From positions 212,546 through 244,545 of the forward strand of contig JAFEAP010000005.1 in the NCBI GenBank assembly GCA_018266355.1: a stretch of 32,000 bases of DNA. The letters are read 5' to 3'. The stretch comes from Bdellovibrionales bacterium (GTDB taxonomy: Bacteria; Bdellovibrionota; UBA1018). Below, piece after piece: positions 8,919 through 17,835 of the stretch; positions within the stretch are counted from its first letter, which is position 1; the number at the start of each line of letters is the position of its first letter. The notes beneath the pieces are model-generated. The model saw nothing but the letters and a program-made list of their open reading frames with translations. It made no database searches and was not told the DNA's origin. The translations under genes were made by a program, and so were the position numbers.

Positions 8919-9385
8919 GCGGTTTCACTCCATTCGAATTCCTCGGTCGTCGTGGACCGAGTGGCGTAGACTTCTTCGAGCTGCTTCTGCTCGCGCTTGC
9001 GGAGCGCGGTCTTGAATTCTTCGTAAGCCTTTTCGCGCAGCACCTCGATCGCGCGCAGCGCCCTCTTCGCCGCGATCACTTCGCGAAGCGCCTTCTCGAC
9101 GAATTTCCGCGCGCGGAAGATCGCCTGGTCGGACTGCACGATGCGAACGCGGTTTCCCGCGATGAATTCGTTTTCCATTTGGTACGCGAGGACCGGCTGC
9201 GGAACGCCGGCGAGCGCCTCGCGGCGCGCGAGCGCGCGGTCGTTATCTTCGAGGATCTTCCGCTTCGCGTTCAGCGCGTCCTGGTATTTCGCCTGGGCGA
9301 GCGCGAGCGCACGGAGCGTCTCTTGCTCCTTCGCCTTTCTCACCCGTTCGACGGCTTCTAAACGAAATCGGAAACGTTTCGTCAT
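8915..9385 (-). CDS. fliJ: Flagellar export protein FliJ
   Basis: Coiled-coil FliJ-like sequence MTKRFRFRLEAVERVRKAKEQETLRALALAQAKYQ...; position and length typical. Confidence 0.88.
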   Translation of the reverse strand: MTKRFRFRLEAVERVRKAKEQETLRALALAQAKYQDALNAKRKILEDNDRALARREALAGVPQPVLAYQMENEFIAGNRVRIVQSDQAIFRARKFVEKALREVIAAKRALRAIEVLREKAYEEFKTALRKREQKQLEEVYATRSTTTEEFEWSETA

Positions 9386-9563
9386 CGCTTATCCATTCTC
9401 CCTGACCGCGCGCACCGCCTCTAGACTGAATGTTTTGCCGAGACTAAACGGCCGGGTGACGGAGAATTGGCGGAAAATCGGCGCAAATTCGGCGCGTGAT
9501 CGCCGCCGGGAATTTGACGGTCACTCGATTCAGTTTTCTACGCGCGTCGCCGAAGAGAAAATT

Positions 9564-10952
9564 ATGCGAACTCGAAATTCCTTTTCCGTACGTGCGGCCC
9601 TCGCGATCGGCCTCCTTCCGGCCGGGTCCTTCGCCGGCACCCCCACCATTTCGGCCACCAAATCGGCGGATCCTATCTGCCACTCGGCGGTCGGTCCGAA
9701 CGCCGCCCCGAAAGTCGGGCAATGGCTGAAAACCCACGGAACCTCGATCGGACTTACCGAGGACCACATACCCCTAATACTTCCCACCGGTGACCATTGG
9801 CTGAATTCCCTCGCGAGGGACCTCGAGGACTGCTGTCAAATCCAGCTCGGGATTAACAGCTACGCCAGCAGCGCCTTCGAAAAGGACGTCTATCTCCTGA
9901 ATCCCCGGGCATTCGCCTTGACGAACGACCCCGCCGCCTTTCGCGCTCGACTGGCCGCCGATATGGGCCTCGACTTGAGCCAAAGTTACAAAAGCTACCT
10001 CTATACGAAGGACCCGAGTTTCCTCCGAAAAATCCAGGCCCAAATGAAAATCACGGATACCGGCTACCGCATGGTCGGCACGGAGATCGTCTTTACCGGC
10101 GAGGGCACCTCCGAACTGGCCGCTCTCGCGCGGGAGGTGAAAAAGAGCAACGGGGTCGAGGTCCACTTCCGCGAAAGCAACCCCTATAATCAGGCTCCGC
10201 CGAAACTCCGCTACGACTCCGACGGGAAAACCATTTACCTGAATCGCGAACTCGCCTTCACCCAAACGATTTCTTCCGACGTCGATCTCGAACGGATGAA
10301 AACGAGCCTCGCCGTCGAAAAGTCGATCGCCGAGGAGGGCTTGAACTCCCCTTTTTCGGGCACCCTCACGATCAAGAAACGCTACAGGACCGGTACGCTA
10401 ACCGGGACCGGCGAAGGTCTGCTCGCGAATCCGGAACTCGGCTACGCCGAGCTCATGAAAAGCCTCGAACAGAAGGTGTCGGAAAGCGATTTCCAGGCTT
10501 ACATGAACCAAGTCGCCGACGAGCTGAACTTCAGCGAAAAACTCTACAGGCAGTCCCTCGACAAGCTGAAGGCCGGTGAAGCGAAAGTAAGCGTAAAAAA
10601 CGGAAAGATCCGGCTCTCGATCAAACCCGTACGCGAAAACGCGCTCCAAACCTGGGAGGCGTCGCGGCTCGTGCTCGAGCTCGACGATCCGGCATTGCTT
10701 GATAAGGCCGAGTACCTTTCCGGCGTAACCGGACTGATCAACCGGTTCTTTTATCCGGGCCCCACGGTCTCCCGGTTCAACGCCGTTGCCGAACCCTTCC
10801 GTGAAGCGCTCTCGATTCGATTCGCGCGCCTACAGAAGCAGAAGGCCCGCTGGGACGAGGTTTACCTGAAAGCCTTGAGTCTGCAGGGCCGCGAAGGGTG
10901 GGCCGAGCGACGCCGTCTTCTGGAAAATCTCCGCGAGCTGTTCGCGATCTAA
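9564..10952 (+). CDS. Exported protein of unknown function (462 aa) inserted between fliI and fliJ
   Basis: ATG at 9564 with signal peptide MRTRNSFSVRAALAIGLLPAGSFAG; no family recognised. ORF track extends to 9141, but that extension is antisense to fliJ and is rejected. Confidence 0.75.
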   Translation: MRTRNSFSVRAALAIGLLPAGSFAGTPTISATKSADPICHSAVGPNAAPKVGQWLKTHGTSIGLTEDHIPLILPTGDHWLNSLARDLEDCCQIQLGINSYASSAFEKDVYLLNPRAFALTNDPAAFRARLAADMGLDLSQSYKSYLYTKDPSFLRKIQAQMKITDTGYRMVGTEIVFTGEGTSELAALAREVKKSNGVEVHFRESNPYNQAPPKLRYDSDGKTIYLNRELAFTQTISSDVDLERMKTSLAVEKSIAEEGLNSPFSGTLTIKKRYRTGTLTGTGEGLLANPELGYAELMKSLEQKVSESDFQAYMNQVADELNFSEKLYRQSLDKLKAGEAKVSVKNGKIRLSIKPVRENALQTWEASRLVLELDDPALLDKAEYLSGVTGLINRFFYPGPTVSRFNAVAEPFREALSIRFARLQKQKARWDEVYLKALSLQGREGWAERRRLLENLRELFAI

Positions 10953-11194
10953 CGGGAATAATCGGCCGATTTCGGATCTTCATTCAAAAGACGGAATGTT
11001 CGCCGAGACTGAGCGGTCGAGAGTTACGGGATTGGGCGCGTCTCGGTTCCTCCTCCAAGGACACCGATTCACGAGATAGCGTGACCTCGCGTTACGTCAG
11101 AGCCGTTCGCCGCTGACCCGCGCATCGCGGTAACGGGCGGGAATCGCTTCGAATTCCGAACTAAATGATGAAAATTTAAAAATTCAGTCGGAGC

Positions 11195-12580
11195 TCACTT
11201 ACGCGTAGCCGCTTCGGTCGCCCGCACGATCGCGTGCATGAGGTTCACCGATTCTTCGAGCGTCCCCGTCTCGTCGACCCGCTGGCGGAGGAAGAGGTTG
11301 ATCCGGTCGATGGCGGCGATCGCCTGGTCGATCTTCGGGTTCGAACCCTTCGCGTAGGCCCCGATATTGATCAGGTCTTCGGCTTGGTTGTAGAGCGCCA
11401 TCCACTCCTTGATCTTGCCCGCGAAATCCTGCTGGGCGGGATCGGTGACCGAGCGGAAGACCCGCGAGGCGGAGGCGAGGATATCGATCGCCGGAAAATG
11501 GTTCTTCTGGGCGATCTTCCGCGAGAGCACGACGTGGCCGTCGAGGATCGACCGGGCGGAGTCGGCGATCGGATCGTCCATGTCGTCGCCTTCGACGAGG
11601 ACCGTGTAAAGACCAGTGATCGAGCCGCCGTTCACGCCGGTTCCGGCGCGCTCGAGGAGCTTCGGAAGCATCGAGAACACGGACGGCGGATACCCCTTCG
11701 TCGCCGGCGGCTCGCCGAGCGAGAGGCCGATTTCCCGCTGGGCCATGCAGAAACGGGTGACCGAATCCATGAGGAGAAGCACGTCCCGCGACTGGTCCCG
11801 GAAGAACTCGGCGACCGCGGCCGCGAAGATCGCTCCGCGCATCCGCAGGAGCGGACTCTTGTCCGAAGTCGCGACGATCACGACCGAACGTTTCAATCCT
11901 TCTTCGCCGAGGTCGCGCTCGATGAACTCGCGCACTTCCCGGCCCCGCTCGCCGATGAGCGCGATCACGTTCACGTCGGCCTTCGTTTGGCGAGCCATCA
12001 TCCCGAGGAGCACGGATTTCCCGACGCCCGATCCGGCCATGATGCCGACGCGCTGTCCGCGACCGATGGTGAGCAATCCGTTCAAAGCCCGGACGCCGAG
12101 GTCGAGCGGCTGCTCGATCACCGTGCGTTCGAGGGGATGGCTAGGAGATTCGTAGAGCGGCCGTAAACACGCGGTCTCGTCTTCGTCCCACGCGATCGGT
12201 CCCTTGCCGTCGATCGGTTCGCCGGTCGCGTCGAGGACGCGGCCGAGGAGCGCGTTTCCGAGCCGGATCTGCGCGGAATTCCGTTTCAAGACCACGATCG
12301 AATCCGTGCTGACTCCGCGGGCGTCGCCGAACGGCATGAGTACCACGCGTTTCTCGCGGAAACCGATGACTTCGGCGTCGACTCCCGGCATCGCGAGCGC
12401 GCTCTCGTCGAGGCGAAGGGGAACTCCCCCGCCCTCGCCGGTGAGGATGCGACAGACGCTGCCGACGGAAGCGCCCGGAAGGATCGCCTCGAAAACCATC
12501 CCGACCGATTTCACGACTTTACCCGCCACTCGGTAAGGCGTGTGGGTGGAGATTCGGTCGAGGAGCGCGTTCTCTATCAT
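11195..12580 (-). CDS. fliI: Flagellum-specific ATP synthase FliI
   Basis: Walker A GIMAGSGVGKSVLL, GERGREVREFIE, LLLMDSVTRFCMAQREIGLSLGEPPATKGYPPSVF. Confidence 0.98.
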   Translation of the reverse strand: MIENALLDRISTHTPYRVAGKVVKSVGMVFEAILPGASVGSVCRILTGEGGGVPLRLDESALAMPGVDAEVIGFREKRVVLMPFGDARGVSTDSIVVLKRNSAQIRLGNALLGRVLDATGEPIDGKGPIAWDEDETACLRPLYESPSHPLERTVIEQPLDLGVRALNGLLTIGRGQRVGIMAGSGVGKSVLLGMMARQTKADVNVIALIGERGREVREFIERDLGEEGLKRSVVIVATSDKSPLLRMRGAIFAAAVAEFFRDQSRDVLLLMDSVTRFCMAQREIGLSLGEPPATKGYPPSVFSMLPKLLERAGTGVNGGSITGLYTVLVEGDDMDDPIADSARSILDGHVVLSRKIAQKNHFPAIDILASASRVFRSVTDPAQQDFAGKIKEWMALYNQAEDLINIGAYAKGSNPKIDQAIAAIDRINLFLRQRVDETGTLEESVNLMHAIVRATEAATRK

Positions 12581-13458
12581 GCCGATTCCGACTCTCCCGA
12601 ATCGGGGGCATCGGCCTCGATGGTGGCGGCCTCTTCGGCCGCGCGGGCGATCTGGGATTCATCGAGGGCGGCGAGCACCACTTCGTGGAGCGAACCGAGC
12701 TGGGTTTCGAGCGTAGCGTCGACGCGGCTCCAGTCCGTTTCGACGACGACGTCCGAGTCGCCGAGGAGCGAAGAAGACTCGACGGTCACGTTCTTCAATC
12801 CGGAGAATTTCTTCTCGAGTTCGGGCAGCATGCCGTAGAGGGCTTCCATCTGCGACGCGCTCGCGATCAGCTTCAGCTGCTCCTTCGCGCCGACTTTCTC
12901 CACGCAATTCCGGACGAGGCGGGTGATGTACTCCGAGTCGACGAGGATTTCCTTCTGGGCGACGGAACCCGCGATCCGGAACACGAGCTCGACGAGGAAA
13001 CGCTCGTTCGCCCGATGCACTTCGGCCTTCGTGCCTTCGAACGCGGCGATGAGCGCGTCGAGGCGTTCGAGTTTCTCGGCCGCGGAGGCCTCGAAGCTCG
13101 CCTTCGCTTCCGCCTTCCCGCGCGCGTAACCTTCCTCGTACCCCTCTTCGCGGCCCTCCTTCTCGGCGGCTTCGCGAAGCGAATCGACCTGCTGGCGAAC
13201 CCGCGCTTCGACGAGGTGGTTCGTCTCGTCGTCCGCGGAAATCAGGTCGCGCAGGACCGGATCGACTTGGAACCGGCGGTCCTTCCGACCGAGCTCGGCG
13301 AAAGGCTTCGTCGTGCGGTCCGGCCGCTTGCCCGCGAGGGTCGGCGTCCGGTAAGTCGCGGAGGCGTTCGGGCTCAGGTTCGTCATCTCGAACGGACGCA
13401 CCTCGAGGGTCGCTTCCTGATCGAGTTTGAAGATCTTCTTGTCCGTCTCTTGATCCAT
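12577..13458 (-). CDS. fliH: Flagellar assembly protein FliH
   Basis: FliH/YscL-like (EEGREEGYEEGYARGKAEAKASFE; C-terminal DVVVETDWSRVDATLETQLGSLHEVV); 4-nt overlap with fliI. Confidence 0.9.
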   Translation of the reverse strand: MDQETDKKIFKLDQEATLEVRPFEMTNLSPNASATYRTPTLAGKRPDRTTKPFAELGRKDRRFQVDPVLRDLISADDETNHLVEARVRQQVDSLREAAEKEGREEGYEEGYARGKAEAKASFEASAAEKLERLDALIAAFEGTKAEVHRANERFLVELVFRIAGSVAQKEILVDSEYITRLVRNCVEKVGAKEQLKLIASASQMEALYGMLPELEKKFSGLKNVTVESSSLLGDSDVVVETDWSRVDATLETQLGSLHEVVLAALDESQIARAAEEAATIEADAPDSGESESA

Positions 13459-13478
13459 GGCTGCGTATCCCTAGGCCG

Positions 13479-14495
13479 TTAAACGAGCGCGTCCCCGTCG
13501 CCGCCGCGGGCGATCATGATCTTGCCCTCGGACTCGAGGCGCTTCGCGACGTTGATGATTTCCTGCTGGGCCTTCTCGACGTCGGAGAGCTTGACCGGCC
13601 CCATGCTTTCGAGGTCTTCGCGCAGGAGGTCGGCCGCCCGTTTCGAGATGTTCTTGAAGATCTTGTCCTTGATCTCGTCGGGGGCCGTCTTGAGCGCCAT
13701 GACGAGCTTGTCGTTGGGCACTTCCTTGAGCAAGGTCTGCATGCCGCGGTCGTCGATGTAGATGATGTCTTCGAAGACGAACATGAGCTTGCGGATTTCT
13801 TCCGCGAGCTGCGGGTCCTTCTCCTCGACGCGCGCCATGATGTTCTGTTCGGACTGCTTGTCCATGACGTTGAGCATGTCGGCGATCGGTTGGATGCCGC
13901 CGAGCTGCTGGGTGTCGATGGAGCCGAGGGTCGCGAGTTCCTGCTTCAGTACTTCGTCGACCTGCGCGATGAGCGAAGGCGAGATGAAGTCGATGTTCGC
14001 GATACGCAGGACGACCTCGGTCTGGATGGCTTCCGGGAGACGCTTGATGACGTCGACCTTCTTGCCGCCGTCGAGGTGCGCGAGGATGAGCGCGATCGTC
14101 TGCGGGTGTTCGTTGATGAGGAAGTTCGCGAGCGTCCGCGAGTCGACGAGTTCGAGCGCCTCGAGGGTCCGGGACCCTTCGACGACCGAGAGCTGGCCGA
14201 GGACAGTCTTCGCGCGCTCTTCGCCGAGCGTCTGGAGCACGAAATCGCGGCCCATCGCGTGGCCGAAGATGATGTTGTTCTCTTCCGAGATCTCCGAGTA
14301 GAACTCCTCGAGCACGTCGCGCACGACGGTGATCGGCACTTTCGTGACCTGCCCCATGACGTTCACGAGGCGCTTCACGTCGTTGTCCTTCATCTTCTTG
14401 AAGATCTGCGAGGTGACCTGGTTGCCGAGCACGTTCAGCAGCACCGCCGCTTTTTCCACGCCCGACATCTGGTCGATGTTATCGAAGTTCGGCAT
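13479..14495 (-). CDS. fliG: Flagellar motor switch protein FliG
   Basis: FliG signatures GVEKAAVLLNVLG, NEHPQTIALILAHLD, FEDIIYIDDRGMQTLLKEV...MSKRAADLLREDLE-like C-terminus. Confidence 0.98.
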   Translation of the reverse strand: MPNFDNIDQMSGVEKAAVLLNVLGNQVTSQIFKKMKDNDVKRLVNVMGQVTKVPITVVRDVLEEFYSEISEENNIIFGHAMGRDFVLQTLGEERAKTVLGQLSVVEGSRTLEALELVDSRTLANFLINEHPQTIALILAHLDGGKKVDVIKRLPEAIQTEVVLRIANIDFISPSLIAQVDEVLKQELATLGSIDTQQLGGIQPIADMLNVMDKQSEQNIMARVEEKDPQLAEEIRKLMFVFEDIIYIDDRGMQTLLKEVPNDKLVMALKTAPDEIKDKIFKNISKRAADLLREDLESMGPVKLSDVEKAQQEIINVAKRLESEGKIMIARGGDGDALV

Positions 14496-16192
14496 TAGGC
14501 GGTCTTCCCTTTATCCTTGGACTCTTCGGATTTCTTTTCCGGCGCGCCCGAAGCCGGGGCGACGAGCCAGTCCCGGAGGATGAGCGCGGCCTTCTGCGGG
14601 TTCGCGTCGACGAGGGTGACGACTTTTTCCTTCACCATCTCGCTCTCGATCTTCTCCGGATCGACCTGCTCCGGCATGCCCGGCACCGCGTCCTCGAGGC
14701 CCGGTAGCGCGGCCGAACCTTTCTGGAGCTTCTCGAGCTCCTCGAGCGTCTGCGGCAGGAAGGTCTCCACGCCGTCGGAGGTATTGTCGGTGATCCACTT
14801 GATGAACGGGCGGACGACCATGAAGAAGAAGAGGACGATCACGAGGCCCATGCCCGCGTAGAGGAGCAAGCTCTGGACGTAGGCCTTCTTGTCCCGCTCG
14901 GCCATGAGCGCTTCCGCGTCCGAGAAGTCCGTCTGCGAGAACTCCATGTTCTTCACTTCGAGCGAGTCGCCGCGCTTCTTGTCGAAGCCGACCGCGGAAG
15001 AGATGATCGCCTCGAATTCCTTCAGTTTCTCGGGCGCCCAGAGCTCGACCTTCGACTGGACGACGCCGTCCTTGTCCTTCGTCTTGATGATCTTACCGTC
15101 GACGACCACCGCGACGGAAAGGCGTTTGATCGATCCCGGCGCTTTCGTGGTGGTCTTCACCGTTTCCGGAACCGCGTAATTCGTGATGTCGCCGTCGACC
15201 TTCGTGTCGGTCGTCTTTTGGCCCGAAGGAGCCGTCTGCGCGAGCGGGGTGTTCGACTGGGCCCCGGCGACGCCGGAAGCCGTCGGACGGAAGCCCTGCA
15301 TCGACTGGTTATTGTGCTGCTGCGACCGGATGGCGGCGCCGTCCTGGTCGTAGGTGACCTGTTTCTCGGTCACGGCGTTGAAGTCGAGGTCGGCGGTCAC
15401 GCGCGCGACGACGTGACCGTCGCCGACGATCCGTCCGAGCATCTCCTCGATCGAGCGTTCCATTTCGCGCTCGACGCCTTGTTTGAAGTCGTTCTGCGAG
15501 GACGTGAGCTGGGAAATCGAATCGCCGTTGTTCTTCGAGAGCGTCTTGCCGAGGCTGTCGACGATCATGACGTCGTTCGTGTCGAGGCCTTCGACCGCGT
15601 GGGCGACGAGGGTGGCGATGCCCTGCACCTGCTTGTCGTTCAGCGTCGCGCCCGGCTCGAGGTCGACGATGACCGAGGCCGAGGATTTCTTCTGGTCTTC
15701 GACGAAGGTGGACTTCGCGGGCATCGCGAGGTGGACGCGGGAGCGGCGGACGCCGTGGATCGAGTTCACCGTGCGCATGAGCTCGCCTTCGAGGGCGCGC
15801 TTCTGGTTCACTTTCTGGACGAAGCTCGTCTGGCCGAGGTTCGTCTTATCGAAGACTTCGTAACCGACGACCGAGTTCTGCGGCATGCCCTGGATCGCGA
15901 GGTCCATCCGGAGCTGATCGATGTTCTCGGGGGAGACCGAGATGTTCTTCCCGCCGGCGTCGACCTTGAACGGGATGTTCTTTTCGCGGAGTACGCGGAC
16001 GATGTTCGCCGAGTCTTCCGGGGCCAGGTTCGTCATCAGCGGCATGTACGAGCGATTGCCGGCCCACATGAAGAGCCCGATGACGCCCGCGACGATGGCG
16101 ATCGCCGTGACTCCCATCGCGATCTTCTTCTGGGTGCTTTGGCCCGCCAGAAACTCGCTAAATTGCTTCGTGATTCGATTGAAAAAATCCAC
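14495..16192 (-). CDS. fliF: Flagellar MS-ring protein FliF
   Basis: YMPLMTNLAPEDSANIVRVLREKNIPFKVDAGGKNISV, NYAVPETVKTTTKAPGSIKRLSVAVVVDG, C-terminal TM and FliG-binding tail. Confidence 0.98.
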   Translation of the reverse strand: MDFFNRITKQFSEFLAGQSTQKKIAMGVTAIAIVAGVIGLFMWAGNRSYMPLMTNLAPEDSANIVRVLREKNIPFKVDAGGKNISVSPENIDQLRMDLAIQGMPQNSVVGYEVFDKTNLGQTSFVQKVNQKRALEGELMRTVNSIHGVRRSRVHLAMPAKSTFVEDQKKSSASVIVDLEPGATLNDKQVQGIATLVAHAVEGLDTNDVMIVDSLGKTLSKNNGDSISQLTSSQNDFKQGVEREMERSIEEMLGRIVGDGHVVARVTADLDFNAVTEKQVTYDQDGAAIRSQQHNNQSMQGFRPTASGVAGAQSNTPLAQTAPSGQKTTDTKVDGDITNYAVPETVKTTTKAPGSIKRLSVAVVVDGKIIKTKDKDGVVQSKVELWAPEKLKEFEAIISSAVGFDKKRGDSLEVKNMEFSQTDFSDAEALMAERDKKAYVQSLLLYAGMGLVIVLFFFMVVRPFIKWITDNTSDGVETFLPQTLEELEKLQKGSAALPGLEDAVPGMPEQVDPEKIESEMVKEKVVTLVDANPQKAALILRDWLVAPASGAPEKKSEESKDKGKTA

Positions 16193-16266
16193 TCGCGTTC
16201 TCCCGTGACTACCTTTTCAGCCTGACTCTTCCTAGTTACGGCGGCCGCTTCGCGGCGCCTACTTAC

Positions 16267-16656
16267 CTAGACCTGCATGCGCATGATTTCTTTATAAGCG
16301 TCCAAGACCTTGTTCCGGACCTGCATCATCAGCTTCAAGGACGCGTCGGCGTTCTCGATCTGGAGCATGGTCTCGTGGATATTCTTCGTGCGCCCGGCGG
16401 CGAGTTCCTTGATCGACTTGTCCGCCGAGATTTGGGCTTCGTTCACCTTTTCGAGGGACTCGGTGAGCATCTGACCGAAGCCTTTCGCGGCTTCACCCGC
16501 GGAAGAAACGTCGGGCGTCGCCATCCCCTCGGCCTGCATCGCGCGAAGGGTCGGCGCTTCGGGCGCGGAGACGTTCTGCTTTCCGGCGCCGAGGAAGCCG
16601 TCGACGTTTCCGCTTTGGAGGGTGCCGGCCAGGTTTTCGATCGTTAAGTTACTCAT
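16267..16656 (-). CDS. fliE: Flagellar hook-basal body complex protein FliE
   Basis: C-terminal NIHETMLQIENADASLKLMMQVRNKVLDAYKEIMRMQV. Confidence 0.95.
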   Translation of the reverse strand: MSNLTIENLAGTLQSGNVDGFLGAGKQNVSAPEAPTLRAMQAEGMATPDVSSAGEAAKGFGQMLTESLEKVNEAQISADKSIKELAAGRTKNIHETMLQIENADASLKLMMQVRNKVLDAYKEIMRMQV

Positions 16657-16685
16657 AGTTCACGTTTTCGTCTTTCCGGTGACTT

Positions 16686-16722
16686 CGGTTTCTTCCTGAA
16701 ACCGACTGCCCGCTTAGGGCAG
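16686..16722 (-). other. Tandem hairpins in flgC-fliE spacer
   Basis: CGGTTTC-TTCCT-GAAACCG (16686-16704) and CTGCCC-GCTTA-GGGCAG (16706-16722). Confidence 0.5.
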
Positions 16723-16747
16723 CCGCCCTTTAGCCGACTCCTACCGA

Positions 16748-17185
16748 CTACTTCCCGATCTCGAGCGCTTTGGCGGCCATCGCCTTCGCGGCGTTCATCG
16801 CGGTCACGTTCGCTTCGTACGAGCGCTGGGCCGAGATCATGTTCGCCATCTCCTCGACCGTGTTCACGTTCGGCATGGCGACGTAACCTTCTTCGTTCGC
16901 GTCGGGGTGGTTCGGGTTATAGACCATCCGCGGCGGCGCGGTGTCTTCGTGGATGTCTTCCACGAGCACCCCTTGGACTTGCTGATCGAGCTGGTTGTTC
17001 AGGATCTCGCCGAAGCTTTCCTTGTCCGTCTCGGCGGTAAAGATCGGATCCTTACGCTTGTACGGTCCGCCTTCCTCGGTCCGCGTGGTCTCCGCGTTCG
17101 CGATGTTCGACGAGATCGTGTTCATCCGGCGGGTCTGCGCTTCGAGGCCGCTCGCGCTCACGCGCATGGAAGAAAAGAAATCCAT
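16748..17185 (-). CDS. flgC: Flagellar basal-body rod protein FlgC
   Basis: MDFFSSMRVSASGLEAQTRRMNTISSNIANAETTRTEEGGPYKRKDP...VNTVEEMANMISAQRSYEANVTAMNAAKAMAAKALEIGK. Confidence 0.97.
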   Translation of the reverse strand: MDFFSSMRVSASGLEAQTRRMNTISSNIANAETTRTEEGGPYKRKDPIFTAETDKESFGEILNNQLDQQVQGVLVEDIHEDTAPPRMVYNPNHPDANEEGYVAMPNVNTVEEMANMISAQRSYEANVTAMNAAKAMAAKALEIGK

Positions 17186-17216
17186 TACGGGTTACCTCCT
17201 GGGATCATGCCGAGCA

Positions 17217-17627
17217 TCAGCGGTTCCCTCCGCCTTCGGTGATCGAGTATTTCAGCATGCCGAGCTTTTTCTTCAGCATCTCGGCGGCCGCATCGTAAAG
17301 CAGCTGGTTTTCCGCCATTTTCGCCATCTCTTCGGAACGGTTTACGGTATTCCCGTCGAGCGACTCGACGCCGTTCATATCGTCCGCGATCGCCGGCGAG
17401 ACCGGGTCGGTCTCGCGGATCACGATGTGCTCGGGCGAATCGCCCTCGAGCGGAAGCTGGTCGTCGGCGCCGAGCGCCTGGCGAAGCGCGCCCTCGAACT
17501 CCACCTTCTTCGCGTGGTAGCCGGGCGTATCCGCGTTCGCGATGTTCGACGAGATCACGTTCTGGTTCACCAGACGCAAGTTCATCGTCGTGTTCAAGCC
17601 GTTGATGGTGGAGTCGAATCCGGACAT
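17217..17627 (-). CDS. flgB: Flagellar basal-body rod protein FlgB
   Basis: MSGFDSTINGLNTTMNLRLVNQNVISSNIANADTPGYHAKKVEFEGAL; internal ATG at 17627 preferred over 17699 (SD AAGGGAAGACAGG). Confidence 0.93.
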   Translation of the reverse strand: MSGFDSTINGLNTTMNLRLVNQNVISSNIANADTPGYHAKKVEFEGALRQALGADDQLPLEGDSPEHIVIRETDPVSPAIADDMNGVESLDGNTVNRSEEMAKMAENQLLYDAAAEMLKKKLGMLKYSITEGGGNR

Positions 17628-17706
17628 CCTGTCTTCCCTTCGACGAAACCAGAGGAAAAAATCTTCCGACTTCTTTCTTGCCGCTGACGTTTCTTCCACT
17701 CTGCAT

Positions 17707-17722
17707 TACAGGATGGGTGCCA
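17707..17722 (-). promoter_or_regulatory. Candidate sigma-54 (RpoN) promoter upstream of flgB
   Basis: Minus strand TGGCACCCATCCTGTA versus TGGCAC-N5-TTGCA: perfect -24 element, 3/5 at -12; about 80 nt upstream of the flgB start. Confidence 0.45.
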
Positions 17723-17773
17723 CGCCGCGCCTCCAATTAAATCATATTCTTACATGAACCGATCTTCATCGCA

Positions 17774-17813
17774 CTCGGCAGGAACTTCCTGGAGGGGAGA
17801 AATTCCTGCCGAG
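17774..17813 (-). terminator. Terminator-like hairpin after the sigma-54 activator gene
   Basis: Perfect 11-bp inverted repeat CTCGGCAGGAA ... TTCCTGCCGAG with 18-nt loop, 23 nt past the stop at 17836; no clear U-tract. Confidence 0.5.
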
Positions 17814-17835
17814 GCGAATCTTTCAAACGAGGACC

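Noticed and set aside
9141-9563. N-terminal extension of the 603-aa plus-strand ORF
   Set aside because: Antisense to fliJ and upstream of a clear signal peptide beginning at 9564.
15218-16225. 335-aa plus-strand ORF opposite fliF
   Set aside because: Antisense shadow of fliF; other similar cases at 3257-4390, 5153-6466, 8188-9015, 11234-12166, 12685-13482, 17917-19065 and 26227-27090.
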